Assembly: GCA_036261885.1 (NCBI GenBank)
Contig: DATAJY010000017.1
Span: 226,581-290,580, forward strand
DNA length: 64,000 nt
Source of the DNA: Thermoanaerobaculia bacterium
Lineage (GTDB): Bacteria; Acidobacteriota; Thermoanaerobaculia; Gp7-AA8
Reading direction: 5' to 3'
The notes under the pieces are model-generated. The model was not told where the DNA came from. It did no database searches and saw only the letters and a list, made by a program, of their open reading frames with translations. Both the position numbers and the translations under genes were made by a program. The stretch's first letter is position 1; every line of letters starts with the position of its first letter. This document shows, in pieces, positions 62,996 through 64,000 of this stretch.

Positions 62996-64000
62996 CTACA
63001 ACATCGCCCGCAATCTCTCCGGATCGCTGGTCGGTTCCTCGCACGCGTATCCGAGGCAGACGTACGCGCGCGTTTCGTCGTTCGGCCGATGCTGCAGGAG
63101 CGGCAGATCCGCCGATTGCTCGCCGGCGACGAGCACGCGATGCGGAATGTACGTTTCGCCGACGACGCGCTTCAGTGCGGCGAAATCACCGGTGAGCGCG
63201 ATCTCCTTCGGCTGCGAGGCGCGCCATTCCGCAACGCCGAGGAGGAAGCCGAAGCCGCTCGGATACTTCTCCGCGAGCGGCCACGTCGATTCGAGCGCGT
63301 CGGTCGCGGCGCGCGCGTACTCTTCGTTTCCGTAGAGCAGTGCCAGCCGCAACAGCACATCGCACGTCACCGATGTACCCGCGGGCGTGGCGTTGTCGAA
63401 GAGATCCTTCGGTCGCGTGATCAGTTTCTCGTGATCGACGGGCGTGTCGTAGAAGCCGCCGTTTTCGCGATCGCTGAAGCGATCGACGATGGCATCGATG
63501 AGCGTGCGTGCGCCGTCGAGATACTTTCGTTCGTGCGTTGCCTCGTACGCGAGCGTCAGGCCCCACGCCACGCCCGAATAGTCTTCGAGCAGCCCGGCGA
63601 TCTTCGCGTGTCGCATCAGGCGGCCGCTCGCATCGATGCGCGTCAGCAGAAAGTCGGCGTTGCGGCGGACGACGTCGTCGTAACGCTGAAAGGCGATTGC
63701 CGCTTCGGCGAACGCCGCGAGCATCCAGCCGTTCCAGCCGGCGAGCCGCTTCTCATCGCGGCCGGGCCACACGCGCTTCGCGCGCACGCCGTACAGCTTG
63801 CACTTGCCGCGCGAGGCGACGTCGGCGAGTTGATCGAGCGTGATGCCGAGGTCCGCCGCCACGGTTTCGGGCGGACGCGGCACGTTCAGGATGTTGTGCC
63901 CTTCCCAGTTGCCGCCGTCCGTGATGTCGAAGAGCGCGCAGAAAACTCGGCCGTCCTCCGCGCCGAGTAGCTCCATCACCTCGTCGCGCGTCCAGACGTA
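62996..64000 (-). CDS. YyaL/SPATA20-like thioredoxin-domain protein, C-terminal part
   Basis: GNWEG.NIL, RDEK.LAGWNG, LEDY, DNATPAG, AYVC...C..P. Confidence 0.85.
   Translation of the reverse strand, partial: YVWTRDEVMELLGAEDGRVFCALFDITDGGNWEGHNILNVPRPPETVAADLGITLDQLADVASRGKCKLYGVRAKRVWPGRDEKRLAGWNGWMLAAFAEAAIAFQRYDDVVRRNADFLLTRIDASGRLMRHAKIAGLLEDYSGVAWGLTLAYEATHERKYLDGARTLIDAIVDRFSDRENGGFYDTPVDHEKLITRPKDLFDNATPAGTSVTCDVLLRLALLYGNEEYARAATDALESTWPLAEKYPSGFGFLLGVAEWRASQPKEIALTGDFAALKRVVGETYIPHRVLVAGEQSADLPLLQHRPNDETRAYVCLGYACEEPTSDPERLRAML

Overview
High-GC bacterial chromosomal window; gene content (MglA-like GTPase, tgt-yajC-secD-secF, TonB receptor, LolA) suggests a diderm such as Acidobacteriota, which is an inference only. 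It has three zones. (1) 1-20.9 kb: a stress/dormancy-type cluster (nucleotidyltransferase plus metallophosphoesterase, a duplicated-domain protein with a histone-H1-like linker, FAD/Fe-S oxidoreductase, DUF2231, KGG protein), where three units carry sigma54-like -24/-12 motifs; then two tRNA-Ser, MglA, three amidohydrolase-like genes, a cobalamin riboswitch with btuB, trmFO and cdd. (2) 21.1-41.5 kb: 12 co-oriented accessory genes ending at the 3' end of tRNA-Pro. They form an exported redox module (di-heme RoxA/bCcP-like lipoprotein, GMC flavoenzyme, penta-heme cytochrome c, putative porin, 2Fe-2S and Tat-exported molybdoenzyme, XdhC-MocA fusion) and a class I lanthipeptide cluster (GAF/adaptor-like fusion, C39 ABC transporter, 7-Cys precursor, LanC, LanB). 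(3) 41.7-64 kb: mostly housekeeping (GHMP-kinase fusion, M23 peptidase, lolA, tgt, yajC, secD, secF, maeB, mnmA, rhomboid, glmS, carbonic anhydrase). The best candidates for undescribed systems are the two island modules. All calls come from motif reading; no database searches were run.
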